This document shows, in pieces, positions 1-15,491 of a DNA stretch of 64,000 bases. The translations under genes and the position numbers were made by a program. Each line of letters begins with the position of its first letter. Positions within the stretch are counted from its first letter, which is position 1. The stretch is from Octopus sinensis (taxonomy: Eukaryota). The stretch is from the NCBI RefSeq assembly GCF_006345805.1, contig NC_042998.1, forward strand, positions 19,964,001 to 20,028,000, written 5' to 3'. A model generated the notes under the pieces. That model was not told the origin of the DNA, did no database searches, and saw only the letters and a list, made by a program, of their open reading frames with translations.

Positions 1-243
1 ACATTCATATATATACATACTATATATTATATATATATACATATATATATATATATAACTATATATACATACACATATATATATATATTACATATATATA
101 TATACATATATATATATACATACACATATATATATATATATACTACATATATATATATATACATACATATATATATATATATATACATACACATATATAT
201 ATATATATATACACATATATATATATATTACACATATAATATA

Positions 244-297
<54 letters not shown>

Positions 298-303
298 CAC
301 ATA

Positions 304-345
<42 letters not shown>

Positions 346-715
346 ATATATATACATACACATATATATATATATATATATATACATACACATATTATAT
401 ATATCCACATATATATATATATATAATATACATACACCATATATATATATATATATATATATACATACACATATATATTATATATATACATACACATATA
501 TATATATATAATACATACACATATATATAATATCTATATATACATACACATATATATATATATATATACATACACATATATATATTATACATACACATAT
601 ATATATATATATACATACACATATATATATATATACATACACATATATATATACTATATATATATACATATACATATATATATATACATATATATATATA
701 CATATATATATATAC

Positions 716-756
<41 letters not shown>

Positions 757-786
757 TATAATATATACATATATATACTATATATA

Positions 787-822
<36 letters not shown>

Positions 823-850
823 TATATATATACATACATACATACATATG
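1..850. repeat. Long interrupted (TA)n/(TACA)n microsatellite
   Basis: Direct reading; the Y/I/M/C-only ORFs here are artefacts. Confidence 0.98.
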
Positions 851-1557
851 CATAAATATACATGTATATTCCACTTGTGCACATTGGTAAAATAGCTTTT
901 CTCTATACGTAGACACACGTATCTAATCGACATCACACAACGTATATCTTTCGTGGATCAGATTAGTACATCGCCATCCATCGGACATTCTTTCAAGCTT
1001 CCTGAACATTTCACACTATTCCTACATCTTACTCGTATTTTCAAATTTTAGGTGAAATATTTGCCCTTTTCAGACTCCTACTTACTTTCGTTATATGTTT
1101 GTACAAACTATAACTAACATCCAACTTACTATGTGCTTCATTAATATCCTTATTTCCGAACACTGAAACTTCCCTTCTCATATATAGGCTTTCACACCAC
1201 TCACCTACCGATCACGCCCACCCAGACTACATGTGGTCTAATCAACGCCCTCATACTCCCACACGTCTCTATACAAACACATACATCACAGCTAGTTATA
1301 CACTCTTCAAGAAACAGGCACTCTCATATACGTCCATATACACACGACACACACTCTTTCCGTTTCACACTAACCGTAAAATAGAATAGCCGCCTGTTTT
1401 CTAACATTCACTCTTTTTTCAGTGACTATTTCTCTTTCAAACTACCCCAACCCGACCATGATAATCTTTTCCCTTAAGATAACTTATTTGTCCCACTTTA
1501 TTTTACCTCCTTGTTATTTTTTTTCGTAAACTCTCGCTATATATATATATATATGAA

Positions 1558-1701
1558 AATCAGTAAGTTGTCATAATAATACTCGGAGTTTCAAATACTG
1601 GAGCTAAAAGCTTCTAGGCATTTTCAACTGATGAAAAATGCATAGAAGCTTTTAGCTCCAGTATTTGAAACTCTGAGTATTATTATGACAACTTACTGAT
1701 T
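1558..1701. repeat. Near-perfect ~144-bp foldback hairpin beside (TA)n; probable truncated PLE end
   Basis: Left arm AATCAGTAAGTTGTCATAATAATACTCGGAGTTTCAAATACTGGAGCTAAAAGCTTCTA is the reverse complement of the right arm with 1 mismatch. Confidence 0.92.
1626..1681 (+). ncRNA. Type-I hammerhead ribozyme-like motif; stem I largely lost
   Basis: CTGATGA (1628-34), A, stem II AAATGC/GTATTT, GAAAC (1667-71), loop TCTGA, GTA cleavage triplet (1677-79). Confidence 0.5.
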
Positions 1702-3829
1702 CTCCTGTATTATATATTTATAGATAAGTTCCTCTATTTACATAATATCGAGGTTCCATTCATTCTTTTGTTGCCATATTTCATTCGAGAATTCATTTGT
1801 TTTTATTATGAAATTTGAAATTGCATACTAGTTTCAACAATTCATTTCACAAGTGGAGGACATTTAAAATAGAGAATACCGGAATTTGTCGGAATTTCGT
1901 TCTGTTTCATTCTGCCGAAATAAAATGTACTGCGTCTCATTGCTTTGATAAATATATTGAACTATTGCATCAGCACTTTGAAATAAATTCAGGATTCTGA
2001 TATTCAAAATTTAAAACATACCGAAATATATAAATATCAACAGGGTATATTTGAAATCCTTTTCCCCCTGAACCGAACCAATTAGAAATACTAATATGTA
2101 AATGGCAACAATAACTAATATAAATGGATATATTCTGATGTCATTAAAGACTAAACCATATATATGGTCGTCCGCTTTTACCAACATAGATCTGAAATAT
2201 TTTTCTTGTACTAAACAAAGCCATTACTAAGATAGATAGATCAAAGTAAGTTCATTATATTAAATATACATGTGTATATATGTATATCAGACGAGATGAT
2301 CCATAGCAGTACAATACTGTTTTCTTAAAAATGTAGACCAAATGCTACACCGAAAAAAAATCCAGTGGACTATTATATAACATATTTCTACTGCCTCATA
2401 TATATACATATATATGTGTATATATGAGTGCACATGCGTCCGAACATGTGTATATAATACACGATGGTATAATATATATAGTCAGGAATATGTGTTGAGC
2501 ACATGACAGTTTTCATGGCATTTTAGATTAGCTAGAAACAAAGATAATGTAATGAGAACAGCTTGTCTTTAAATGCAATGGTTAGAAGCAATGGACACAT
2601 TTCTATCTTGCGAGACCTCTTCAATGTAATATAGTCACAACATTTGATATTCACACAAACAAATATGCACTTACATAAATATATCGTTCGAAAGATTTCT
2701 TGCTCAGAAGGCATTTTCTCACACCTTAGCAAATTTATATAGTTTAAATCACATACATCTCTAGCCATACAAAAAAAAACCTTGCACATATTGAGCCATT
2801 TTTCTCATGTTCCTGTACCAAAGATTTTTATATTTCGTAATTTGATGATATATCCCTAATAGATACTATTACAGCAAAAACTTGGCATTCAATATAATCT
2901 AGTTTCCATTATCACAAAATATTTCTATATCTTGACATAAACTCCCACTCGCTATTTTGTTTTACAATATAAACAGACACAATCTATACAATATGTTTTG
3001 CCATAATAAACACGATTTATTATACCGATTATGGTGTTGCATCGATTAAATTAAAACAATATAAATTCTGAATTTTATAGTCTATTCGGCATTATTATTC
3101 CAATTTGAAGGGATAATAAATATTCATACAGAATCCCCATAACGTTGCTAATAATGCGACAATCCATAATTAAATATTTATTGAACGTCTTTCATATTTT
3201 TATAATATTCACAACTGGGTACTTCGTAGTCTTCTAATTAACTGCCATTCACCTTTAATACAAAACTCGCAATTAATTTTACAGACAACTTCATTTATAG
3301 ATAATTAAATCTATAGACAATGATGTAAAGCTATTATTATATATTCCAGTTTTCTATAAGAACTCCTACTATACCCGATTTCTATCTTTCCATATTTAAA
3401 TTATTCAATAAATCATATTCTTTATTGATTTCTTACATACAAACAATAATTGGAATGTAGTAGATGGAATGGTTTGTTCAACACAGAGATTTAAAACAGA
3501 ATATATGTTATCGATAACAAAAATATGAAAATCAAAGTTATCTTCCGATTTAATATTTTATTGATATATAATATAGGTAGAAAACCTCCTATTTGGATAG
3601 ATAATTAGTAAGAGTAACTCTCACAAATGAATAAACAGCGAAACATCATACGTTCCATGTTTTACATGTGAACGACACCTCAAATTGATATGTATGTCAG
3701 TTATTGTCATGATATTAACTATTATCGGTGTTGCTTATTGCCATGATATTGAATATCGGTTTCATGATACTGTAATATTTGTGGGCGGAAAAAAAAATTC
3801 CAAATATATGAACTCAATATAAATCTCAT

Positions 3830-4060
3830 TATTTGTTTCAGTCATTCGACTGCAACCGTATTGAAACATTACCTTGAAGAATGTTGCCGGATATATGGAC
3901 CTCATTACTTATTATTTAAGTCTGGTCCTTATTCTAACTGTCGCTTTTGAAGAACTGCTTAGGTTAAGTGAACTTAAACAAGACAGGACTGGTTTTCAAG
4001 CGATTTGGGGATTAAACAGAAACACAAAGACACACACACGATACACATATCATACACATA

Positions 4061-4098
<38 letters not shown>

Positions 4099-4235
4099 TA
4101 CATACACATGTACGACAGGTCTCCTCACAATTTACGCCTACCAATTTCATTCGCAAACCGTTGTCGTCCCGGGGCTATGGTAGAAGACATTTGCCTAAGG
4201 TACTGCTCAATGATACCGAACCCTAGTAAAAACGT
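3830..4235 (-). mobile_element. tRNA-derived CORE-type SINE (family B), decayed
   Basis: Matches the 59487-59888 copy; internal (CA)n linker; tail TTTGTTTCAGTCATT on the + strand. Confidence 0.8.
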
Positions 4236-4289
4236 GCAGTTGTTTAGTTATAAGCATAATAGTGATACTTATTCTAAATATTTATAGTT

Positions 4290-5340
4290 ATCATGATTAA
4301 CTTTATAAATATTATTATACCCATTGCCATAACGTCTATAACAATATTAATAGCATTGAGATTATGGCTATCTTCACAAGATAATAGCGACTATTTTTCG
4401 CATGACAGCAATCTAAGCTAAATATATTGTTGTGTATAAGTACACACCGTCAATAATACACTCCACTAATATCTACATTAGATCAATGATCGACTTTAAG
4501 CACCGATACCTCGGACACATTAGCTAGTTTTTGAAAACTATACAACAATATCCTATCTCCCTGACTACCTACAACCAACATATTACAGCTAAAGATATAT
4601 CTTATGATACCTTTTGATGTATTATTAATACCGGAATGTTGTACGCAGAAAGCATGTAATTCCTGCTGAGAATCAGCAGAAATATTACGTCTGAACGAAG
4701 AATCCCCCCTTCTGTCCGCTACTACATGACTGTTCCATATTACCATAACTCATTATGTTCCATCTGAATTAGATAAGTCTGTATTCAGATCTCTATCCCT
4801 TAACCATTCTTCCACTTACTCCATGATATTTGTTGCTTACTTATATCCACACAGTTTTGGGTGGGATATTTTGCGGCTTATGCATGATTAAGTCACTGCA
4901 ATGACCATCCCATCTTCCCATGGAATCTATATTATTTTAACTTAATCTCCGTTTGTTCTCTTGCAGGAAATCTCGCCCACTGCACGTTCCCGCATGATCC
5001 TCCTTTTCTCTTTAATTAGCTGTTCACCGTTACACAACCACGTCATATCCATCTACCTGATATGCGATACTTGACGCGATGGCCATACTATATTGCGCTT
5101 GTCTCTATACTTAAAAAGTATTCGTCTTTATTTCTTACTTCCCGTCACATACGGATCACTTAAACTACCGCTTCAAAATCTACATTATAGCCATTGACTA
5201 TAAATCATGAGTCGATAATGGAAAACTTGCACCGACTTACTCACCCTTAGCAGCTGTGACATCTCTCTCCAGTTTGGGACTTCTATCTTTTTAATCTCTC
5301 CATTATACTCTTAAACACCCAATCCCTCCCCTTACAGCTA
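4290..5340 (-). mobile_element. Highly decayed non-LTR retrotransposon remnant, possibly R4/Dong-like
   Basis: Broken minus-strand frames give WLRDRDLNTDLSN, RTEGGFFVQ and IRYIFSC, loosely resembling the post-RT region (ETEGF..AIQD, CCHC) of REL-endonuclease LINEs. Recognition from memory only. Confidence 0.4.
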
Positions 5341-5451
5341 CTCCATAGTTATATCTCATTTATCCTAATAGACTCACTTCTGTTCTCGCCATTCCCATCC
5401 GCCCCATATATGTATCTCTTAACATTCATTACAACCTTAACTCTTCGTATC

Positions 5452-5511
5452 TTGTGAGTGATTTGGTAAGCGGAAAGTGAAAGAAGTCCGTCGTATGTAT
5501 ATACATGTGTG

Positions 5512-5543
<32 letters not shown>

Positions 5544-5732
5544 AGTGTGTATGTTTGTGTGAATGTGTTTGTCTCCCCCAATATCGCTTGACAACCGATG
5601 CTGGTTTGTTTACGTGCCGATAGAATAAGTGCTAGTCTTACAAAGACTAAGTCCTGGGGTCGATTTCTTCGACTAAAGGCGGTGATCCAGGATTCTCGCA
5701 GTCAAATGACTGAAACAAGGAAAAGAATAAAA

Positions 5733-5736
<4 letters not shown>
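5452..5736 (+). mobile_element. CORE-type SINE (family B), 5'-truncated
   Basis: (TG)n linker then ...GCTTGACAACCGATGCTGG...GTCAAATGACTGAAACAAG tail. Confidence 0.85.
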
Positions 5737-5774
<38 letters not shown>

Positions 5775-7189
5775 GATAATACAGAGTTATAAATAGATTA
5801 TCTATTCGCACAAAATACTTTTTGAGCCCTCTGTTAATACAAATACAACAGGCTTCCAAAAGGTCTGCGGATAGCTATAGAACTCTTAATTATTTTAAGG
5901 CGAGACTCGAAGTCGAAGTCTATAAACAGTCGACTTTGTAAATCCATGATTACTTTTCCCAATTAATACGGTATGTGCTTAAGGTGTAATATACAAAGAA
6001 ATGCATAAATAATGGGTTTTATAGGTTTACTTATTTGTAAAACTTTTTCTGTTCGTGTACTTTACTTATTTTTGTACGGACCCTAAAGATGACAGTATAA
6101 GTTAATGTCGTTCAACTTTTCTTCAATCGATCTTTCGTGTGATTGAGAAAACGAAACTCTGAATGCTCCTAAAATGCATATCAGAAACAGCTGTAAGTTT
6201 ACGATGCACAACATCTAAATATATAAACCACATTATTAACAGCTCTTCATTAAATTTAAGCTGAAATAGCTGTAGGCTAATGAAGTCACTCTCAACAACA
6301 TACACCGATGTTTATATGCTTGCGCGTATGTGTACATAAATACATGTAAATACATTTGTATGTGTGTAAGAAGATTCTAAAAAGATAATTGTCTTTCCCG
6401 GCTATAACTGTTGCCATGATTCTGTACAATTAAATCGCTGTCTCTTTGACGATAGAATTGATGATAATTACACAAGATATAAACAAGAATAGCTGTGATT
6501 AAGTCTTGCTGAGGAGGAAATAATTTAAGTTATTTTGCTAACATTTCAAATTTGGAACAGGTTATTTCTATCTCAATATATGACACGAGGGAAGCTAATA
6601 CATGTAAATGATATATGGCGATGATTGGTAGTTCGCTTGAGTCTGGAAGTGTAATGATATGTTTGTATCTGTCATTGCAACTGTATTTTGGGATGTATTT
6701 TGGTTCGTCGTCCTATGCTTGATTCAATAACACAAATAACATATTGATGTATGATATAAATGTTTATATGTATGTATGGACGCGCGCATATGTATGCGTG
6801 TGAGTGCTTGTGCATGAGTGGGGGTGACTCGTGTCGAATCATCTGTTGGTTTCTAGTGTTAATTGCAATTAACTAATCAAGTGAAAAAGTCAATGTTTTA
6901 GTCTAAGTTGTTTGATATTCTCAAGACACTTGCACTTTTGCAGAGACAGCAAGGCTGAATGTTGAAGTTCGCTTGCAACGATGTGGTTTCGATCCCACGG
7001 CATGCCACCTCAAGCCAATTATTTTATGCAACAGTTTCTTAGACCTTTGCAATGAAACTAGGCACACAAGAAAGTTATTGAAACCCTTCTTGACGAAATT
7101 TATCGAAAATTCAAAAGAGGTAGAGCCTTTTAACGCGTTGTAACACAGGTATCTTCTGAGAAGTAAGTTAGAGATACTAATGTACGTAG

Positions 7190-7330
7190 ATAGTGAATAC
7201 TATTGAAAATGTTGCAAGACGCAACGAAAATTTTAGGAAAATAAAAATAAGAAATAAATGGAAATTTTACTAGTGAGTGTGTTAAATTATAAGGCACAAA
7301 AACAAAATGACTCTCCCCAAACACAACAGA
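7190..7330 (+). repeat. Unclassified dispersed repeat; second copy at ~32940-33080
   Basis: Shared CTATTGAAAATGTTGCAAGACGCAACGAAAATTTTAGG...GTGTGTTAAATTATAAGGCAC. Confidence 0.8.
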
Positions 7331-7440
7331 ATGTACGTAGAATTGTACTCGCTAATTCAAAACATTTTACACGTTAATTCAGAAGAAATTAATTAAATCA
7401 ATCGAGAAAATAAAGCCACATCGGTAAAGCACTATTGATA

Positions 7441-7744
7441 TTGTTTGTTTCTTCTCGAGCCACCCCTGGCCCATAAGCACCGGTTTCTCGGTTTCCTTGG
7501 AGTATAGTTTCAACACCTGGACGGGACGCCGGTCCGTCGCAGGTGAGCTACAAGATGCAGGAGGAAAGAGTGAGAGAAAGTTGTGGCGAAAGAGTCAGCA
7601 GAAGTTCGCTATTACCTTCTGCTGGAGCCGAGTGGAGCTTAGGTGTTTCGCTCATAAACACACACATCGTCCGGTCTGAGATTCGAACCTGCGATCCCTC
7701 GACCGCGAGTCCGCTGCTCTAACCACTAGGCCATGTGCCTCCAC
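7441..7744 (-). mobile_element. tRNA-derived SINE (family C variant)
   Basis: Minus-strand head GTGGAGGCACATGGCCTAGTGGTTAGAGCAGCGGACTCG with A box and B box GGTTCGAATC. Confidence 0.85.
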
Positions 7745-8373
7745 TCATCAAGCACTACATTACCTTAATTTACTACTAACTGTATATTACGGATTGCACT
7801 ATACCTTTGCCAGCCCAGAATGCTCGTTCAGTGATTCTCTAAACGCAACATAAGCGACTTTATTTTTATGAACGACTGCGTGTTAAAGTTTGATACCATA
7901 TGCGATAGACTTCTCTTTTCTTTATTATCCACAAGGGCCCAAAATAGAGGGGGACAAACAAGGACAGACAGGACACCACAGAGAGGACAATACATAGAAC
8001 GAATATGATGAGATGATTATACAATAAAGGGGTTATGAATGGCTGCATACGCCTCTCATCACATGCAGTATCGTTAATATTTTTTAACAGTCCATTTTTA
8101 TCATGTATTCACAAAACAATTATCATGTTACATACCTTGCAAGTATTTGAACCGTTATATACATTATCTACAACTGTCCTATTTTTCAATATTTTTTTAA
8201 AAAACATAACATAAAACACCTGACTCTTTCTTTATTTTTACCTTTTTTTTCGACTTTTCTTTTTTTCCTGTCAATTTAACATACTTATTTTCTTTTTAGC
8301 TGTACTTAATCAATGGTTCAATTTCTATTAAATATGCGATAGATTTCTGCCATCCGGCATACTTCAAAGGAAT

Positions 8374-11215
8374 ATTATTAATTCAGAAGGCGTTAACCGG
8401 TTCCATTATTAACAACAAATGGTGGTACGCCCTCAAGAGAGCCATTAAATACGAGTCCATTAGATACAGCATAGAACTAGTAGCTAGTGGGCGTAGAAAA
8501 GAAATGGGGTTAGTTAAGGCCTTAGAGGAAGCCATGAGATCTGGCGATGGAGCCCAGGTTAGGCTGAAGAGGCTGGAATTAAACTAGCACCTCGAAGCCG
8601 AACACATGGGTTGTATCGTCAGAGCTAGACTCCGCGCAATGGGGAGCGAGGGTATTAAGGCTGCCGGATGGGCACGAGTTGTGGAAGCTCAACGTTGAAA
8701 CGATTCCACAATCAAGTCTGTGACGAACGAGCGAGGCGATGTGGTAACCGAACCAGAGGAGATGTGTCGGACGTTTCTGGAGCACTTCGCCCGGCTTTTC
8801 GGGAGCGACGGCAGACCGGGTGAGAGGACGGACCTTACGGACCTCCTCGCCGGGCTGCCGCGCCTCTGGGGGCAGGACGCGGAGAGCTGGGAAGGGTCAA
8901 TCTCGCCTGAGGAGGTAGCTGAAGCCATGGCCGACTGCGGCGGAGGTAAGGCGCCGGGAATTGATGGTTTACCCTCCGAACTATATAAAAGTATGCCAGA
9001 CTTGTTCGGGTACGTACAGGCCGGCGTTTTCGCGAACTGGCGGCAGAATGGGTTCATTCCCAGATCTGTGCGCCGGGGAGTGGTGACGCTAATCAGGAAG
9101 GACCCGAGCAAGGGGGATGGAATAGATAACTTCAGACCCATCACCCTACTGAATGCAGAGGTGAAGGTTTTGGCCAAGGTGTTAGCAAAAGGTTGACGCG
9201 TGTCGCGGATGGCCTAATCGGGGAAGTACAAACTTTTGCGGTCCCCGGAAGGACCAATCATGATAATCTTCACCTTATACGCTACACCATAGAAGAGTTC
9301 GGGAACAATTCTGGCAAAGGTGGGGCACTGGTCCATTTAGACCAGAGTAAAGCTTTCGATACCTGGTGTCTGTGCTTGCACAGTTCGGTCTAGGCATTGG
9401 TTTTCTCAGGTGGATTATACAGTTGTACGACAACATCGACTCGATCGTTCGGGTGAATGGCTTCTTTTCGAAGCCGTTCCGCATCAAACGGTCAGTTCGT
9501 CAAGGGTGTCCGCTTTCCCCGCTTTTATATGTGATGGCTCTCGAGCCATTACTGCGAAATCTGAGCGCCATCCCGACGAATCCAGGAGATGGAGGATCTG
9601 TTACATCGTATGCGGACGACATCACCATCATCGTGACCAAGGTGGAACTCCTACAGAATGTGGGAGATACCATCAAGTCTTACGAGATTGTGACAGGAGC
9701 AAAAATTAATCGGGAAAAGTCAGTCGGCTTGCAACTCGGCACTTGGAGGGGCAAGTCGATGCCTTCGAATAGCATCTTGGGATGCTGGAAGGAGGGCCCA
9801 GTTAAATTGCTAGGGATCTGGTTTGGTCCAGATCTCCAGATAGAAAAGAACTGGTCTGAGGTGGCGAGCAAAGTGGTTCACGCGGTCGAGACTTGGTCTT
9901 GGCGGTGGCTATCCTTGAAAGGGAGGGCGGAGGTGGCCAATGTGTTTATAGCATCGGTCATCACTTACCGCCTAACCGTCGTTCCTTGTCCGGATTCGTG
10001 GTTGAGCAAGTTGGAGGGGAAAATGTTTCGCTTTCTGTGGAAGGGCACCCCTTCTCTTGTAAGATGTTCTATTTGCTGTCAGAAGCCGTTAAAGGGTGGG
10101 TTAGGGATGCCTTGGTTGTTGATGCGCAAACATGCGCTGAGGTTGAGGCATCTTTGGCTCTACCTGGATGGTGCACGGGTGTGGTCCCCACTCGCGAGGC
10201 AGATGTTCCCCAGCTTTGCCAGTTTTGGTGGTAGAGAAACCTGGTATCGTCGCAGACTTAGGTTGTGTATGTGGTATTCAAAGTGCCGTAAGGCCCTCTT
10301 CCACTTCCGCAAGTCGGGCAATGCCGGTGGCTTTGGTACCACCGCAGCTTTTTATAGTAGGTTGGTAGAGGCCGGAAATGACGATGCCCTGGGAAGGACC
10401 TTGGGTCTCGATAATAATCAGTTAGACAGCCTGTTCCAAAGGACATTCGGACCGAGGACGCTGAGTAACTTTCAGAAGTCTTTGGCCTGGTAATGTTACA
10501 GAGGAGCCTTACCCGTTCGGGATAAGCTCGCAAGACATGGTCACGATGGACCATAGAACTGTCCAAGATTTGAGCAGGATGTGGAAACAGTCCTTCATGC
10601 TATTGTCCAGTGCCGGAAATTTCGGACGTGTGGGTTTATGCAGAACACCAGTTGTCGGACGGAAGAAGAGTACAGCTACCGGCTGAGACAATTTTAAAAA
10701 TTGACTCACCTAGTTTCTTGACAAACGAAGGTAAGCATTGCTTTCTCGTCATAGTAGCAGTCGCGAAAGAGGTTATATGGAAGACCCGAATGAAAGATAT
10801 AGGGACAGACACCATGATCTCTGGTCTCGCCTTGGTGAACTTCTTTAAGTTCCACTTAAAAAGAAAGGTTGAGTTAGAGAAAAGGTGTCTGTCAGTATGC
10901 TAGTTTCAAAAAAGATGGAAGCGCGTTGCCCGATTGCTGGGAGTGAAAGTCACTGCACGAACACGCCATAAGTCAGCTACCAAGGTTTCAGTGGGAAAAA
11001 ATGGGCTCGTGGGGTTGGCAATCCTGTTTTTTTCTGCTTCATGCGTCCACTTCGTGTTTTGTTCTGTTAAAGTGTACCATTCGATTTTCGATTTCATTGT
11101 AATTTTCACTGTAATTTTTACCTTCAGTTAATGTTTTACATCATAGTTTTAACATGACCCCAATCATATGGTACTGTCCCCCTCTATATATGCCCCTTGT
11201 GGATAATAAAGAAAT
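8374..11215 (+). mobile_element. 5'-truncated L1/Tx1-type LINE with disrupted ORF2 (reverse transcriptase plus C-terminal Zn motif; endonuclease missing)
   Basis: Motifs GKAPGIDGLP, NFRPITLLNAEVKVLAK, LDQSKAFD, VRQGCPLSPLLY, YADD, INREKS and CP...ETVLHAIVQC across frameshifted ORFs 8720-9196, 9193-9393, 9366-10493 and 10610-10903. 16-bp TSD CATACTTCAAAGGAAT at 8358-8373 and 11216-11231. Confidence 0.95.
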
Positions 11216-11255
11216 CATACTTCAAAGGAATGTAATTAAAACAATAACAATGTAC

Positions 11256-13277
<2,022 letters not shown>

Positions 13278-13544
13278 TAATGGAAGGTAAGTATAAGTAA
13301 GCAGAATTATTTTGTTTCCCCCTATATTAATAGATTTGTCATTGTATTTCTGTATCATGGTGCACTAATGTGTCATATCATAACTGAGCTCATCAACTTT
13401 TTTTTAGACTCGTGATCTTGGTCATTTCATAAAGTTCAACACAAGAATAACTACTAAATTTATCTACGAATATATGATCGTTACTTCCATCAAAATAGTC
13501 TAAAATTGGTAAGAACCGTCATTGCAAACTTCATTTTATTCATT

Positions 13545-13941
13545 ACTAGCAGTATCGCCCGGCGTTGCTCGGGTTTGTAAGGGAAATAACTATATAAGCA
13601 TTTTTAGAGATGTAAAGTATAATAGCTATCTGAATATGGCTAACCAAAAAGGGGGGGTGTTACTTTAGCTTTTTACGTTCTGAGATTTAATAATAAATTT
13701 TTAGAGAGTTACTTCCCTTATATATGCCAAAAATGCATTAAAAATGGGAAAAATTGATGGTAATTTTTTTTTTAATCGTAGACTTATCGTAGACGCGCGC
13801 TAATACCCAGAAAGGCTCGATATGAATCACGACTATAAGATACCCGGTTTTGGTTAAACTGCACTGCAAAATGTGGGAGTAGTTAGGAATCTAAATCGTA
13901 GGAGACAGACAACACACAACCTCTCTTTAATATATAAAGAT
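13545..13941 (+). mobile_element. Non-autonomous Helentron/Helitron-like element (HINE-like)
   Basis: Starts ACTAGC...GCCCGGCGTTGCTCGGG (short hairpin), ends AGACAGAC...TATATAAAGAT, inserted at TT. A similar 5' end lies at ~23370. Confidence 0.6.
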
Positions 13942-14150
13942 TGTATAAATTAGATATGCTGGTTTGATCACTTAAACCTTTATCTAAAGTCCCCTTGATA
14001 CTGGAAAAATATTGTTTGCATGTAAAACAGATTCACCTGTGGTTTCATTTGTTATTTTTGTCGAGGTGTTTTTCTTATGTTCTATTTTTGTGTCTCGCTC
14101 AAAGACAACCCCCAGGGAGCAGAACTGTAATTCTGAGAGAGCTTTCAGTG

Positions 14151-14540
14151 CTACTCCATGTACAAGGCATGAAATTTTGGGGAAGGGGGCCAATCGATTA
14201 GATCGACCCCAGTGTGAACTGGTACTTAGGTTATCGACCCCAGAAAGAGGAAAGACAAAGTCGACCTTGGCGGAATTTGAACTCAGATCGTAAAGACAGA
14301 CAAAATACCTATTTCTTTACGACGCACAAAGGGCTAAACACAGAGAGGACAAACAAGGACAGACAAACGGGTTAAGTCGATTAGATCGACCCCAGTGCGT
14401 AGCTGGTACTTATTTAATCGACCCCGATAGGATGTGAGGCAAAGTCGACCTCGGCGGAATTTGAACTCAGAACGTAACGCAGACGAAATACCGCTAAGCA
14501 TTTCGCCCGGCGTGCTAACGTTTCTGCCAGCTCGCCGCCT
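14151..14540 (-). mobile_element. Family A tRNA-SINE dimer: full long-tail unit plus headless short-tail unit
   Basis: Head AGGCGGCGAGCTGGCAGAAACGTTAGCACG, B box GAGTTCAAATTCC, junction AAAGAAATA|GGTATTT at 14309/14310. Confidence 0.92.
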
Positions 14541-14664
14541 TTTTAGTGCTATATATTGCGGGACGAACTACCTCGCAGATGCTCCCTAATTTGGATTGCC
14601 TACTATTGATAGCCGAAATACAGAACAGCCAACAGTCCATTCTGACATATTCTTATGTATAGTC

Positions 14665-14953
14665 GAGTGTTGCTGTTGTTTGTTCCTTCTCGAGCCAAGC
14701 CTAGCTCATAGGGCCGGTTTCCCGGTTTCCTTGGAGTATAGGTTCCCCACCTGGTCCGTCGCAGGTGACCTGCAAGATGCAGGAGAAAGTTGTGGTGAAA
14801 GAGTCAGTAGAAGTTTCCCATTACCTTCTGCCGGAGCCGCGTTGAGCTTAGGAGTTTCGCTCATAAACACGCACATCGTCCGGTCTGAGATTCGAACCCG
14901 CGATCCCTAGATCGCAAGTCTGCTGCTCTAACCACTGGGCCATGTGTCTCCAC
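14665..14953 (-). mobile_element. tRNA-derived SINE (family C variant)
   Basis: Closely similar to 7441-7744. Confidence 0.85.
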
Positions 14954-15075
14954 ATCTATTGTCGTGTAATGGTATGTAATTTAGAGCTAGAAATAAGCGT
15001 GTATGTTGCGCATATTCATGAATGTTGTTTTGATCAGCAACAGCTGATTCAATCTGTCCTCCTGGAAAAACCATC

Positions 15076-15491
15076 GGTTCTTTTCGGTTTGAACGGCAGT
15101 TTTTAACATAATCTCTAGGTAACTAAAAAATTTTAAACTTCGTATACTGGTAGAATGTGTTTATAAAACATCTTTTTCTCTTGGCTTTATTGAGAAAATT
15201 CTATAGTTTGTAAGATATTTGTTGTTTTTTTTCTTCAATTTCTGCAATTTCAACCAATCAGTGACGTCTATTGAGTTAAAAAGCATTCTGTGCCGTATGA
15301 ATATGTCCCTCGTTTAAGAAACAGATTGGGTTTATTTACATTTGTGAAGAAAAAAAGATACCCTTCCCCCACCCCTAACCCTAAACCTAAAAGAGATTGA
15401 AATGCAATAGATCGATTCTAGGGTCATAATTATGGGTTACAATTTTATATGACACCGCTAGAAAAAACTGCCGTGCAAACCGAAAAGATCC
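15076..15491. mobile_element. MITE with ~29-bp TIRs
   Basis: GGTTCTTTTCGGTTTGAACGGCAGTTTTT versus AAAAACTGCCGTGCAAACCGAAAAGATCC (2 mismatches); non-coding interior. Confidence 0.85.

Noticed and set aside
88-916. Long Y/I/M/C/V ORFs (also at 11.3-13.0, 31.2-32.4 and 44.0-44.8 kb)
   Set aside because: Translations of (TA)n/(TG)n microsatellites.
900-1500. Possible RTE-like LINE relic on the minus strand
   Set aside because: Too decayed to recover a diagnostic motif.
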